DNA of 64,000 bases from positions 8,520 to 72,519 of the forward strand of contig CAWBKY010000006.1 in the NCBI GenBank assembly GCA_963789555.1, given 5' to 3'. Position 1 is the stretch's first letter; each line of letters starts with the position of its first letter. Position numbers and translations under genes: made by a program. Of the stretch, positions 32,205 through 42,059 are shown in pieces. The DNA is from Methanomassiliicoccaceae archaeon. GTDB taxonomy: Archaea; Thermoplasmatota; Thermoplasmata; Methanomassiliicoccales; UBA472. Under the pieces are notes generated by a model that was not told the DNA's origin, searched no databases, and worked only from the letters and a program-made list of their open reading frames with translations.

Positions 32205-33729
32205 TCAGGCTTGTGCCGGTTTCGTTGCCCCCACACCCCACTTCTGCGTCAGCAGGGAGACGACGATCATGGTCAGGAAGCCTAGCGCTATGCTCACTAT
32301 GCCCGGGTTGGTCAACGGGAAGATGTAGTTCGTGGGCATGAATGTGGGGCTGATCAATATCAGCAGCAGGGACGAGGAAAGCCCGACCGCGATGCTGGAT
32401 ATTATCCCCCATTCCGTGGCCCTCTTCCAGAAGAGCACTCCGATCAACGCCGGGATGTTGGCCGATGCCGCTATGGCGAACGCCAGACCCACCAGGTAGG
32501 CCACGTTCTCCCCTTCCATCGCTATGCCTAGCAATATGGCCACCACTCCCACGCCTACCGCCGTGAGCTTCGATACCCGGAGCGCCGATTTCTCGGACTT
32601 CTTCTTTCCCAGTATCTCAGAGTATATGTCGTGGGCGATCGCACCCGCCGCGGCCATGATCAGGCCGGACACCGTCCCCAGGATGGTGGCGAAAGCTATC
32701 GACGAGATCACGGCGAAGAAGGTCTCCCCTCCGATGAAGTAAGCCAGCGTCGGCGCGGACAGGTTGGAGTCGTTCACGATGAACTCTCCCTGACCGGCGA
32801 AGTAGTTCGTCCCCAGGCCGATGAACAGCGTCAGGATGTAGAATATCCCGATACATATGATGGCCACCACTGTCGACTTCCTAGCATCGGACGGCTTCGG
32901 CACCGTGTAGTACCGGATGAGGATGTGCGGCAGCGCAGCCGTGCCCAGGATGAGCGCCAGCATCAGCGAGGCGAAGTCCCATGGGTCCTTGTACTTCGTA
33001 CCAGGGGCCATGAACTCTTCCCCGGTGAACTGCGGCAACCCCGTCTTCGGCGACACCGAACCGTTCTGGATGAAGTAGTTGATGAAGTCCAGGGGGTCGA
33101 TATCCAGCTACCACCAGCACTCCGATCACCAGCGCCACGCCGGCGATGAGCAACAGAAGACCTTTGATGAACTGCACCCAAGTGGTGGACACCATGCCGG
33201 CGGTGGCCACGATGAGGATCACGATGCCCCCCACCAGGACCACTCCCGCCCAATAAGGCAGTCCGATCAAAGGCTGGATGATAGTGCCTGCCCCCACCAT
33301 CTGTGGGATAAGGTAGAACACGCTCACTATCAACGTGCTTATCGCCGCGGCCAGGCGCACCCTCTTGCTCTTGAACTTGCTCACCAGGGCGTCGGCGAAG
33401 GTGTACTTGCCCATGACGCGGAGCGGTTCCGCTATGAGGAACAAGGCCACTATCCATCCGGCCAGGAACCCTATGCCGTAGATGAAGCCATCATAACCGA
33501 AGAAGGCGATCAGACCGGCCACTCCCAGGAACGAGGCGGCGCTAAGGTAGTCCCCAGCGAAGGCCACTCCGTTCACGAACCATTTCACGCCCCCGCCGGC
33601 CACGTAGTAGTGGCCCGCCGTCCTGACCCGCCTCGAGAAATATACCGAGATGGCCAGGGTGATGAGCACGATCATGACGAACAGGGCGAACGCCAGAGGC
33701 TTGAAGTCATTGGTCAATGCTTCGGCCAT
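32205..33729 (-). CDS. actP: Sodium:solute symporter family, cation/acetate symporter ActP-like (frameshift(s) near 33080-33110)
   Basis: HYYVAGGGVKWFVNGVAFAGDYLSAASFLGVAGLIAFFGYDGFIYGIGF. The C-terminal half is ORF 32205-33056. The gene follows a DUF485 module, as in yjcH-actP pairs. Confidence 0.75.
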
Positions 33730-33730
33730 G

Positions 33731-34454
33731 TTACAAGGCCTCCTGCTTTCCCGCGTACCAGTTGAACACCACGGCCATGATGATGGCGAGGATGATCACC
33801 GTCAGTCCGAGCACCATGCCCGACGTTCAGTTTCCCGACCGCCTCGCTCATCACGCTCCGGTCGAAGCTGCCGAAGTACAGCAGCGTCCCATAGACCGCG
33901 ATATAGATGGTGAACAGTACCAGACCCACCTTGAACTGCTTGCTCGAGGTGATGGTCTTGACCGTGATCTCCTTTGGTCGGGAGGCGATCTTCCTGGCCA
34001 ATGCCAGGGCCTCCTTCCCTTGCGTCTCGGTGGGGTTGATGGCGACGACCTCACATTGCGCCATTTTGGTCACCGCCCGAGCGACATCCCCAAGGTAAAG
34101 TTCAGTGATGCCGTGAGGTTTGGAGCAACCCATGACGATGGCCTCGACCTTGAACTCCTCCGCCACTCGGACGATGGTCCCTGCCACTGGCCCTTCTTGG
34201 GTGATCTCCTCGACCTCGACCCCCTTCTGTTTGGCCAGTTCCCTGGCGAACTTCATCCCGTCGATGTCGGGGCAGCGTCTTAGACCGACGTTCTCGGCGG
34301 TCTGCTCCACCTCCATCGTGGGGGTCATTTCCACCACGCTCAGGACGATGAGGGTGGCCTTCTCCGCTTTGGCCCTGTCGACAGCGACGATCGTGGCCGC
34401 CAAGGCCGGCAATGAGCTGTCGGTGGGCAATAGGATCCTCCTCATGAGATCCAC
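33731..34454 (-). CDS. Universal stress protein domain fused to DUF485 (YjcH-like) membrane module (one frameshift near 33800)
   Basis: USP part: RILLPTDSS...TLIVLSVVE...AIVMGCSKPHG..LGDVARAVTKMAQCEVVAI. Then KQFKVGLVLFTIYIAVYGTLLYFGSFDRSVMSEAVGKLNV. After the shift comes a second helix ending ...NWYAGKQEAL*, with the TAA 1 nt before the actP ATG. Confidence 0.6.
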
Positions 34455-34500
34455 CCCCGTTCTCCCTGGAATGTCTCCAACTGGTTCGGAGCGGGACCGC

Positions 34501-34517
34501 AGGCCTTATATAGGCCT
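34501..34517 (-). promoter_or_regulatory. Candidate TATA element embedded in an inverted repeat upstream of the USP-DUF485 gene
   Basis: AGGCC-TTATATA-GGCCT lies about 50-60 nt upstream of the start at 34454. Confidence 0.3.
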
Positions 34518-34997
34518 CAGTCCCGTCGCTGAACCGGTCGGTGACGGGGCGCTCCATAGCGCCTTGACGTCGCTGCCAGTCCAGCTTCGCCTAGGACGTT
34601 TGCTTGGATGGGTTAGTTCATCCCGCATAAAGGAGGGCAGGCAAATTTCTATTACTTATAATTATACTATTTTTACTACGATAATTGACGAAATTATCAA
34701 GTATTTCTACTAATTTCGAATAATGATGGTTTGATTACTGAAAAACATACAAGGTTAACGATTTTCGAAATCGTCTATCGACGTAGGGCTTGTCATGCTG
34801 TGTCAAGGTCGAATGGGAATCCGCACATTACCCAGATGATCGGTGCGGGAACAGATCATCATCTTTATGTTCGTCAATCATCGAACTCGATCAATTAAAT
34901 AAGTTTTGATTATGAACGTATCTGACTCTGGAACCATCGAGTGCAGAAATCGAAGTGTATAACTACGAAAATCGCTATCAACCAAAAAAGAAGTAGT

Positions 34998-35324
34998 TCA
35001 CCCTCGTTGCCGGCGACGGTTGAACGCATCCAAGGCTTGCTTGACCGTACCCTCCTCGTCGGTGACCAACTTGATGCCCTTGGACTCCAGCTTCTTGACC
35101 CCATGCGGTCCTACGAAACCGGTGATCACCACCTCCGCCTTGAGATGGATGATGTTCTCGGCGGTTTGGATCCCATACCCAATGTCCGTGTCCACCAGCA
35201 CGTTGTCGAAGACCTCGAACTCCATGGTGTCCGGGTCCACTATGAGCAGGAAGGGAGCGTGGCCGAACTCCTCGGCCACCAGGGCGTCCAGGTCCTCCCC
35301 TTCCGCGGTGACGCACACCCTCAT
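34998..35324 (-). CDS. NifB/NifX-family (dinitrogenase FeMo-cofactor-binding-like) small protein
   Basis: Intact 108 aa: [30 protein letters not shown]...[24 protein letters not shown]. It overlaps the Mrp stop by 4 nt. Confidence 0.75.
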   Translation of the reverse strand: MRVCVTAEGEDLDALVAEEFGHAPFLLIVDPDTMEFEVFDNVLVDTDIGYGIQTAENIIHLKAEVVITGFVGPHGVKKLESKGIKLVTDEEGTVKQALDAFNRRRQRG

Positions 35325-36199
35325 TTCTTTCCCCCGTACTGGAATGGCTTCACTTTTCGCTTCGGGGCGCTCTCAACGGTCTTGCGGACCCTCTCGGCCA
35401 ATTCCTCGAACGCCTTGGCGCCCGGGGAATCGGGCTTGGAGAGGACGATGGGCTTGCCATCGTCCCCGCTCGGGACCATCTCCACGTCGATGGGTATCTT
35501 GCCCAGGAAGGGCACGCCCATCTCTTCCGCCGCTTTCTTTCCCCCGCCCACCTTGAACAGGTCGATCTCCTCGCCGCAATGGGGGCACTTCAATCCGGAC
35601 ATGTTCTCCAGTATTCCCAGTACTGGCAGGTTGAGCGCCTTGGCGAATGTGACCGACTTCCGGGAGTCCAACAACGCTACGTCCTGAGGGGTGGTGACGA
35701 TTATGGCCCCGTCCGCCTCGGGGATGAGCTGGGCGATGGACAGCGGTTCATCCCCGGTGCCTGGTGGGAGATCGACGATGAGATAGTCCAGGGTCCCCCA
35801 GTTCACATCCTCCAGGAACTGGCGTATGGCGCCCATCTTCATCGGTCCCCGCCATACCACTGGCGCGTCCTTGCTGGAGATGAGGAAGGCCATGGACATG
35901 ACCTTCAGGTGAGGGGTGACCTCCACCGGGAACAGCCCCTCCTCGTCTCCGGTGATGCGGGCCTCCTCCACGCCCAACATCTTGGGTATGTTGGGACCAG
36001 TGATGTCCGCGTCAAGGATGCCCGTGTCCAGTCCGCGCATGGCCAGGGCGGTGGCGAGATTGGTGGCCACGGTGGACTTCCCCACCCCTCCCTTGCCGCT
36101 CATTACGATGATCTTATGCTTTATCTTGGCCAGATGCTTCATCAGTTTGACATCTTCCTCTTGCACGGTCATTATGTCTATGTCGTTATCTCCCTGCAT
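35321..36199 (-). CDS. Mrp/NBP35/ApbC-family Fe-S cluster carrier ATPase
   Basis: Intact 292 aa. Contains [32 protein letters not shown] and a CPHCGEEID pair. Confidence 0.85.
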   Translation of the reverse strand: MQGDNDIDIMTVQEEDVKLMKHLAKIKHKIIVMSGKGGVGKSTVATNLATALAMRGLDTGILDADITGPNIPKMLGVEEARITGDEEGLFPVEVTPHLKVMSMAFLISSKDAPVVWRGPMKMGAIRQFLEDVNWGTLDYLIVDLPPGTGDEPLSIAQLIPEADGAIIVTTPQDVALLDSRKSVTFAKALNLPVLGILENMSGLKCPHCGEEIDLFKVGGGKKAAEEMGVPFLGKIPIDVEMVPSGDDGKPIVLSKPDSPGAKAFEELAERVRKTVESAPKRKVKPFQYGGKK

Positions 36200-36261
36200 G
36201 TTAACACCCGGTGGGATTATCTGGTATATGTAGGCAACTGATATAAAATTCGGTCAGGGTT

Positions 36262-36915
36262 TCATTTGCTCTCGCGAAGGTGCCTCTCGATGATGTTGCG
36301 CTCCCCGCGTTGCAATATCTCGGTGAGGGTGGACGGGGCTACCTTCATCTGGGCCGCCATCTCGCGGACCGTTGTCCTCCTCGGATAATCATAGTATCCC
36401 ATCTCGAAGGCCTTGCGCACGATCTCCTCCTGCCTCATGGTCAGGGCGGCATCGTCCTCCACCTGGGCCAAGCGCAGCACCTTGACCTTGCACCCCATCC
36501 TCTGCAGCTTTTCGGTGAGCCGGGCCAGCGCCCCTTCGGAGGTCAGGACGACGTCCCATTCGACGGTACCATCGTCCTTGGTCTGGGCGCCGCGAAGGAA
36601 GCAGTCCGATTCCATGATGGTGCGGCAGGCGAAGCATTTCTTCGTGACCAGGGAGCCTTTGGCCCTCCCTCCCCCGAGAGAGGTCAGTTGCACGTTTTGC
36701 ACGTCAGGATGCGCCATGATCTGTTCCGTGACGGCCTCGATCTCAGCCTCCTTCGCCTCTATCTCAAAAAGACTGTGGCCGCCCCCTTCGGGATGGGGCA
36801 TGCAGTCCAAGATGCGGATGGGCCTTCCAGTTCCCTCGCAGACGGCCTTGACCCAACCATCCTTCATGTCCACCGAGATGATCGCTTCCATCATGGCGGG
36901 ACTTCCTATGCCCAT
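36262..36915 (-). CDS. Bat-type HTH (HTH_10) transcriptional regulator
   Basis: Intact 217 aa. The C-terminus LTMRQEEIVRKAFEMGYYDYPRRTTVREMAAQMKVAPSTLTEILQRGERNII is the bacterio-opsin-activator-type HTH. Confidence 0.7.
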   Translation of the reverse strand: MGIGSPAMMEAIISVDMKDGWVKAVCEGTGRPIRILDCMPHPEGGGHSLFEIEAKEAEIEAVTEQIMAHPDVQNVQLTSLGGGRAKGSLVTKKCFACRTIMESDCFLRGAQTKDDGTVEWDVVLTSEGALARLTEKLQRMGCKVKVLRLAQVEDDAALTMRQEEIVRKAFEMGYYDYPRRTTVREMAAQMKVAPSTLTEILQRGERNIIERHLRESK

Positions 36916-37018
36916 CTGGGCTATTATCTTTGCGTGTCCCTTTCTGACAGGTCATAGAAAGTAAGAATTATGGTTGTGCGTCAATTGAATCCGATATCGA
37001 TGGCAGGGTGAGAGCGAG

Positions 37019-39361
37019 TTGACATACCTGATGGAACTCCGCAAAGGAGTGAAGAACGTGGGAGGGAAGGGGGAGAACCTCATCCCCCTCCAGAAACGGA
37101 GGTGGCTGGTCGTCCCGAAAACGATGGTTTTGGTTTGGGACGCTTATTTGGACTCCATCAGGGACGAGGCTGGGACCATGGCCAAGGTGAGGGCGGAACT
37201 CGCTCGCTCCATTGTTCCTGGCAAACGTTACGCCGTCCGGTCCTCGGCTAACTTGGAGGATTCGGAGCAGCATTCCTTTGCGGGGAGGTTCCGATCCGTT
37301 CTGAACGTCGAAGGGGTCGATGCCATCTGCGCGGCCATCCTTGATGTCTGGGCCTCGACCCGGGACCCATCGGTGCAAGCCTATCTACGAAAGGCCGGTG
37401 CCTCGGAGGGATCCCTCAAGATGGCCGTCCTCATCCAAGAGATGGTGCCACCGGTCATCTCCGGGGTGTCGTTCAGCCGGAACCCGATCACCGGCGCCTC
37501 GGAGGTCATATTGGAGGCGGTGGAAGGGTCCGGGGAGCGCCTCGTCCAGGAAGGTGTGACCCCGGACCGATGGGTGTTCCATGGTGACAGGGTCGAGCGC
37601 AGCAGCGAAGGGACCCAGATGAGCGAATCATTGGCATTGCGGATCGCCACCCTAACGCGAAGGATGGATGAAACCTTGGGTCATCCATTGGACCTGGAAT
37701 GGGTCTATGACGGGAAGAAGGTGCAATGGGTCCAGGCAAGGGAGATCACCGCGCTGAGGGACCTGAACATTTACAGCGACTCATTCTCCAAGGAGTTCCT
37801 TCCTGGTATGATCAAGCCCTTGGTTTGGACCGTTAACACCCCGTTGGTGAACGGCGCATGGGCCAGGTTGTTCGCCAAGCTTACCGGCATAAGGGATCTT
37901 GACCCCTCCACCTTCTCCAAGCAGTTCTATTACCGTGCCTATTTCAACATGAGCGTGGTCGGGCGGGTCTGGGAGAGGATGGGCATGCCCCGTGACTCTT
38001 TGGAGAGGTTGATGGTGGTGGGGGGAGAGAGGTCGAAGGGGGGGTTTCGTCCCACCCCGAAGATGATGCTAACCGTGCCCAGGGTCACTCTATTCATTAT
38101 CGACATGGTGCGTTTGCACTGGGAGCTGGACCGTTTGTTGCAGAGAGTCCCGAAGGACCTGAAGCATTTTGAGGGACAAGACCTTAGGTCCATGGACAGC
38201 GCAGCTCTTCTGGCCGAGGTGGACCGGCTTTTCCAGGTGGACCAAGAGCTCGCCTACTTCAACATCCTCACCTATCTTCAATTGGCGATATCCAATCGCA
38301 TGCTTCGGTCCGCCCTGAGCAAGGCTGGATACGACCTGGGCGATGTCAGGTTGGTTCCGGAGAGAAATGGGGACGTGGCACGTTACCCCGACCAGGCCCT
38401 GGAACACTTGGTCCGGACCTACCAGGACCTTCCCCCTGAGGTTCGGGCCGAGGTGGACCAGGCATCGTATGACGGACTGCGGGACGTTGCTGGCGCCGAG
38501 CAATTGGTCCAAGGGCTGGAGGGCTTCCTGTCACAATTCGGATACCTGAGCGACAGCGGAAACGACATCTCCGTCAGACCTTGGCGCGAGGACCCCGACA
38601 CCATATTGCGCACGGTCATCGGGTCGGGAGCTCACTTAAAATCCCTGACACAGAAGGATATATCCCAACTGGACCTGCCATGGCAATTGCGATTCCGTAT
38701 CCGATCCATCTATGGGCGCACCTGCCAAGATGCCTATTTCAAGGAAAGGGTGGGGGAGCTGTACGGTCAAGGTTACGGCCTGCTCCGCCCCTTGTTCCTG
38801 TCGATAGGGGACCATATGGTGGAAAAGAATGTCATACGGTCCCGTGAGGACATATTCTTTCTTTACATGCACGAGGTACGCCAGACAGTGGATGGTGGTT
38901 GCGCAGACAACACTTGCAACGACCTCCGGATCAGGGTGACTATGAGGAGGAAGGAGATGGAAGCTCTCAGAGAGGCCGTCCTTCCCCCCATCATATATGG
39001 GGAACGGGCGCCTCCCATGGAAAGGGTTGGTTCCGATCTGATGAAGGGCGTCGCCACATCTGGAGGTTATCATCAAGGCCCGGCCCGAGTGGTCAAGGGG
39101 CTGTCCGACCTAGGCAAGGTCGAACCTGGCGATGTCCTGGTCATCCCCTACTCCGACGTGGGTTGGACCCCGCTCTTCGCCAAGGCCGGGGCGGTCGTTT
39201 CCGAGGCCGGAGGGATGCTGTCCCATTCATCCATAATCGCCAGGGAGTATGGCATTCCAGCCGTGGTGTCTGTGCCCGGCGCCATGTCCATCAAGGATGG
39301 GACGCAATTGCTGGTGGATGGATACAAAGGCGAGGTGCGGCGGGTCTTGGACGCGCTCTAG
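37019..39361 (+). CDS. PEP-utilising phosphotransferase (N-terminal PPDK_N ATP-grasp, C-terminal swivelling phosphohistidine domain)
   Basis: Intact 780 aa. N-terminus VGGKGENL...YAVRSSANLEDS..HSFAGRF. C-terminus GGYHQGPARVV...GDVLVIPYSDVGWTPLFAKAGAVVSEAGGMLSHSSIIAREYGIPAV. No PEP/pyruvate TIM-barrel domain. TTG at 37019 or ATG at 37031 could be the start. Confidence 0.75.
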   Translation: MTYLMELRKGVKNVGGKGENLIPLQKRRWLVVPKTMVLVWDAYLDSIRDEAGTMAKVRAELARSIVPGKRYAVRSSANLEDSEQHSFAGRFRSVLNVEGVDAICAAILDVWASTRDPSVQAYLRKAGASEGSLKMAVLIQEMVPPVISGVSFSRNPITGASEVILEAVEGSGERLVQEGVTPDRWVFHGDRVERSSEGTQMSESLALRIATLTRRMDETLGHPLDLEWVYDGKKVQWVQAREITALRDLNIYSDSFSKEFLPGMIKPLVWTVNTPLVNGAWARLFAKLTGIRDLDPSTFSKQFYYRAYFNMSVVGRVWERMGMPRDSLERLMVVGGERSKGGFRPTPKMMLTVPRVTLFIIDMVRLHWELDRLLQRVPKDLKHFEGQDLRSMDSAALLAEVDRLFQVDQELAYFNILTYLQLAISNRMLRSALSKAGYDLGDVRLVPERNGDVARYPDQALEHLVRTYQDLPPEVRAEVDQASYDGLRDVAGAEQLVQGLEGFLSQFGYLSDSGNDISVRPWREDPDTILRTVIGSGAHLKSLTQKDISQLDLPWQLRFRIRSIYGRTCQDAYFKERVGELYGQGYGLLRPLFLSIGDHMVEKNVIRSREDIFFLYMHEVRQTVDGGCADNTCNDLRIRVTMRRKEMEALREAVLPPIIYGERAPPMERVGSDLMKGVATSGGYHQGPARVVKGLSDLGKVEPGDVLVIPYSDVGWTPLFAKAGAVVSEAGGMLSHSSIIAREYGIPAVVSVPGAMSIKDGTQLLVDGYKGEVRRVLDAL

Positions 39362-40436
39362 TGGGATAGGACGATGTCGAGGATGCGTTCGGCGGCATTG
39401 CCATCTCCCAGAGGGCAGGTCCAGTCCCGGCTTCGACCGAACATGTCCTTCGCCCCTTCCAGGATCCTCTTAGGATCAGCCCCGACCAGAACGTTCCCGC
39501 CCACCATGACCGTCTCTGGCCTCTCCGTAGCGTCCCTCAAGGTGACACAGGGCACATGGAGGATGCACGCCTCCTCCTGCACCCCACCGGAATCGGTCAG
39601 CAACAGGGTGGCGTTAGCCTCCAGCTGCAGGAAGTCCAGGTAGCCTACGGGATCGATGACGCGCACCTCGTCGGGGACGACGATGGCGAAGTTGGAGAGG
39701 TTCTTCCTGGTCCGGGGGTGCAGGGGCAGGATGACCGGCATGTCGGAACTCCTTCGCGCAGGACACCAGTCCGTCCACGAGGCCGCGCAGTCTCACAGGG
39801 TCGTCGACGTTCTCCTGGCGGTGCAAGGTACCCAAGAAGATAGCCCCTGGGCCTAAGACCCAGCTCGCTCAAGGCCTTGCCTCGCCTTTTGGATATGTCC
39901 ATGTTCTGCAGCAAGGCGTCCACCACGGTGTTCCCTACGACATGGACCTTGGCCGGGTCGATGCCCTCCTTGAGCAGGTTCTGCCTCGAGACCTCGGTGG
40001 GAGCGAACAGCATGTCGGAAATATGGTCCGCCAGGACCCGGTTGACCTCCTCGGGCATCTTGCGGTCATAGGAGCGGAGACCAGCCTCCACGTGCCCGAT
40101 CGGGATGTCTAGCTTGGCCGCGGCGAGGGCTGCGGCCAGCACGGTGTTGGTGTCCCCCTGCACCAGAACGGCGTCCGGCCTTTCGTCCATGAGGACCTTC
40201 TCGATGGCCACCAATATCGCGCCGGTCTGTTTTCCATGTGTGCCCGAGCCCACGTTAAGGTTGTATCGCGGGTCTGGTAGCTCCAGGTCCTGGAAGAATA
40301 TCCGGTCCATCTCATATGAATAATGCTGGCCGGTGTGGATCAGGATGAATTCAACGCCCCGCCGCTGGCACGCGCGCACCAGAGGTGCCATCTTTACGAT
40401 CTCCGGTCTAGTGCCCAGTACTATGCACACCTTCAT
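39358..40436 (-). CDS. wecB: UDP-N-acetylglucosamine 2-epimerase, non-hydrolysing (two frameshifts near 39850 and 39745)
   Basis: MKVCIVLGTRPEIVKMAPL...IHTGQHYSYEM...VQGDTNTVLAAALAA...HVEAGLRSYD..MPEEVNR. Then TLHRQENVDDP. Then PLHPRT...LLTDSGGVQEEA..L.VPCVTLRD.TERPE. Confidence 0.8.
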
Positions 40437-40480
40437 GCGGGACCAGGATATGGGCAGGCTCGATATAACTCTATTCGGGG

Positions 40481-41267
40481 TCAGACGAAGAGGCTCTTGG
40501 CCTGGGCGATCAAGCGCTCCCCGCTCTGTCGGGGCAAGAGGCTGAGCACCCTCTCCTGCTGACACAGAACGTCCTTGACCAGGACGATGTTGTTGTCCAG
40601 CAGGGTCCGGATATCTCCCCTCCTCAATTCCAAGATGGTCACCGGGTAGAGCCGATGTCGCTCCACCAACAGTTCCAGGCCGGCCTCCTCCGGGTACCTC
40701 CATCCGAGAAGACCCATGCCAACGCATTCGCCGTAATGCACCACATCGCTCGAGAAACGGGTATTGGTGACCAGCCAAGGTTGACTGAGCTTAAGCCCCT
40801 CCTGTACATCTAGGAATCGACCGTAGGTGTAGAGGGCGGTCTGGATGGTGCACTTGATGCCCAGGGAGTTGTGGAACTTGCATTCCACCATATATCTGTG
40901 CTCCGCGTTTTCGGCCAGCACATCTAGCTCATGCTGTACGCAACGTCCTTGCACGACCTCCCGCACCTTTACCTTATGCCCCATCTCCTGGAACAGCATG
41001 CCGATGAAGCTCTCGAAGTGGTGCCCCTCCGGGCCGAGGTTCATGATCGCCTTCTTCAGACCAAAGCGTGTTTTGGAATCAGCCGCCAGCAGAGCGCGCA
41101 CACGACGGTAGACCTCTTCCGTGGTGATGCCGTCATAGAGCTGTCCCTTGCAGTCGGTCCAGTACATCGTCCGCCTCATCTGTCGGGACACCAGAGCGCA
41201 TGATGGCCATTCGGGTCTTCTCCGGGTCGAACTCCTGCTTCTCGCCGGACCTCTTGATGACATACAT
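40481..41267 (-). CDS. ATP-cone domain fused to a PD-(D/E)xK (Mrr-like) nuclease domain (one frameshift near 41165)
   Basis: N-terminus MYVIKRSGEKQEFDPEKTRMAIMRSG...(shift)...QLYDGITTEEVYRRV forms the ATP-cone. Then FESFIGMLFQEMGHKV...HELDVLAENAEHRYMVECKFH (D...ExK). Confidence 0.6.
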
Positions 41268-41385
41268 CGAGAACACGACCGGATGGCCTGGATGGATAGA
41301 AAATCATTGCCCTTCCATGAGGGAGACGTCTCAGCTTCTCAGCGTGGGGGAGAGGTCCATCTCCTCTATGTTCTCGGGAAGATTG

Positions 41386-41859
41386 TCAATATGCTCTGGA
41401 GGTGACCATCGCCAATTCCGCCTCACGGAAGCTGTCGCAGACCGCCGCTGTGGGGGCCAGGGCGTTCAGGTCCTTCTTGAAGAGCATGCATTGACCGTTC
41501 TTGAACATGAGGTTCAGGGTGATGAACCCGTTCCTGAGCTCCAGTTCCATGGACTTGATGACAGAGGTATATACGGCAGCCTTACCCCGACCGGAGGTAC
41601 GTGAGGTGCCACACTTGGTGATGAGCCCCATATTCTCCATCTGGTAGACCATCTTATAACAGGTCGCGATGGGGAGTTTCATGGCTGGGGAGATCTCGCT
41701 GACCGTCATGCACTTCCTGGATGTCATTCCTAAAATGAACACAGCGCAGGGGTCTATGACGAAGTGGGCTATCTCCATCTTGTCCTGCTGGTTCAATTTA
41801 ATGATAGCCTCGTGGATGGCGCTTTCTGTATCGTGCGCCTCGACATCGCAGAAATTCAC
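41386..41859 (-). CDS. Winged-helix (ArsR/TrmB-like) transcriptional regulator
   Basis: Intact 157 aa with an HTH-like segment MTVSEISPAMKLPIATCYKMVYQMENMGLI. GC is lower than in the neighbours. Confidence 0.5.
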   Translation of the reverse strand: MNFCDVEAHDTESAIHEAIIKLNQQDKMEIAHFVIDPCAVFILGMTSRKCMTVSEISPAMKLPIATCYKMVYQMENMGLITKCGTSRTSGRGKAAVYTSVIKSMELELRNGFITLNLMFKNGQCMLFKKDLNALAPTAAVCDSFREAELAMVTSRAY

Positions 41860-42059
41860 CTATACTCCCCCTATGAAAAACCGCATTGTGTTGTCATTAA
41901 TTAATCCTTTTGGCAGTTAAATTTCATATTCTATTCATATGTTAACAGATTGTTGAATTTTTTTGAAATATTCCATAAATGTGTCATCAATGTACATTCT
42001 CTTTCTGCTATTTTGAACGAAACTCAGTTCGCTTCACACCAATCCTTCCCGCTCGTTGA

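Noticed and set aside
34700-34745. Possible C/D-box sRNA (AATGATGG...CTGA)
   Set aside because: The C-like box has a mismatch, the spacing to CTGA is only 8 nt, and no C'/D pair follows.
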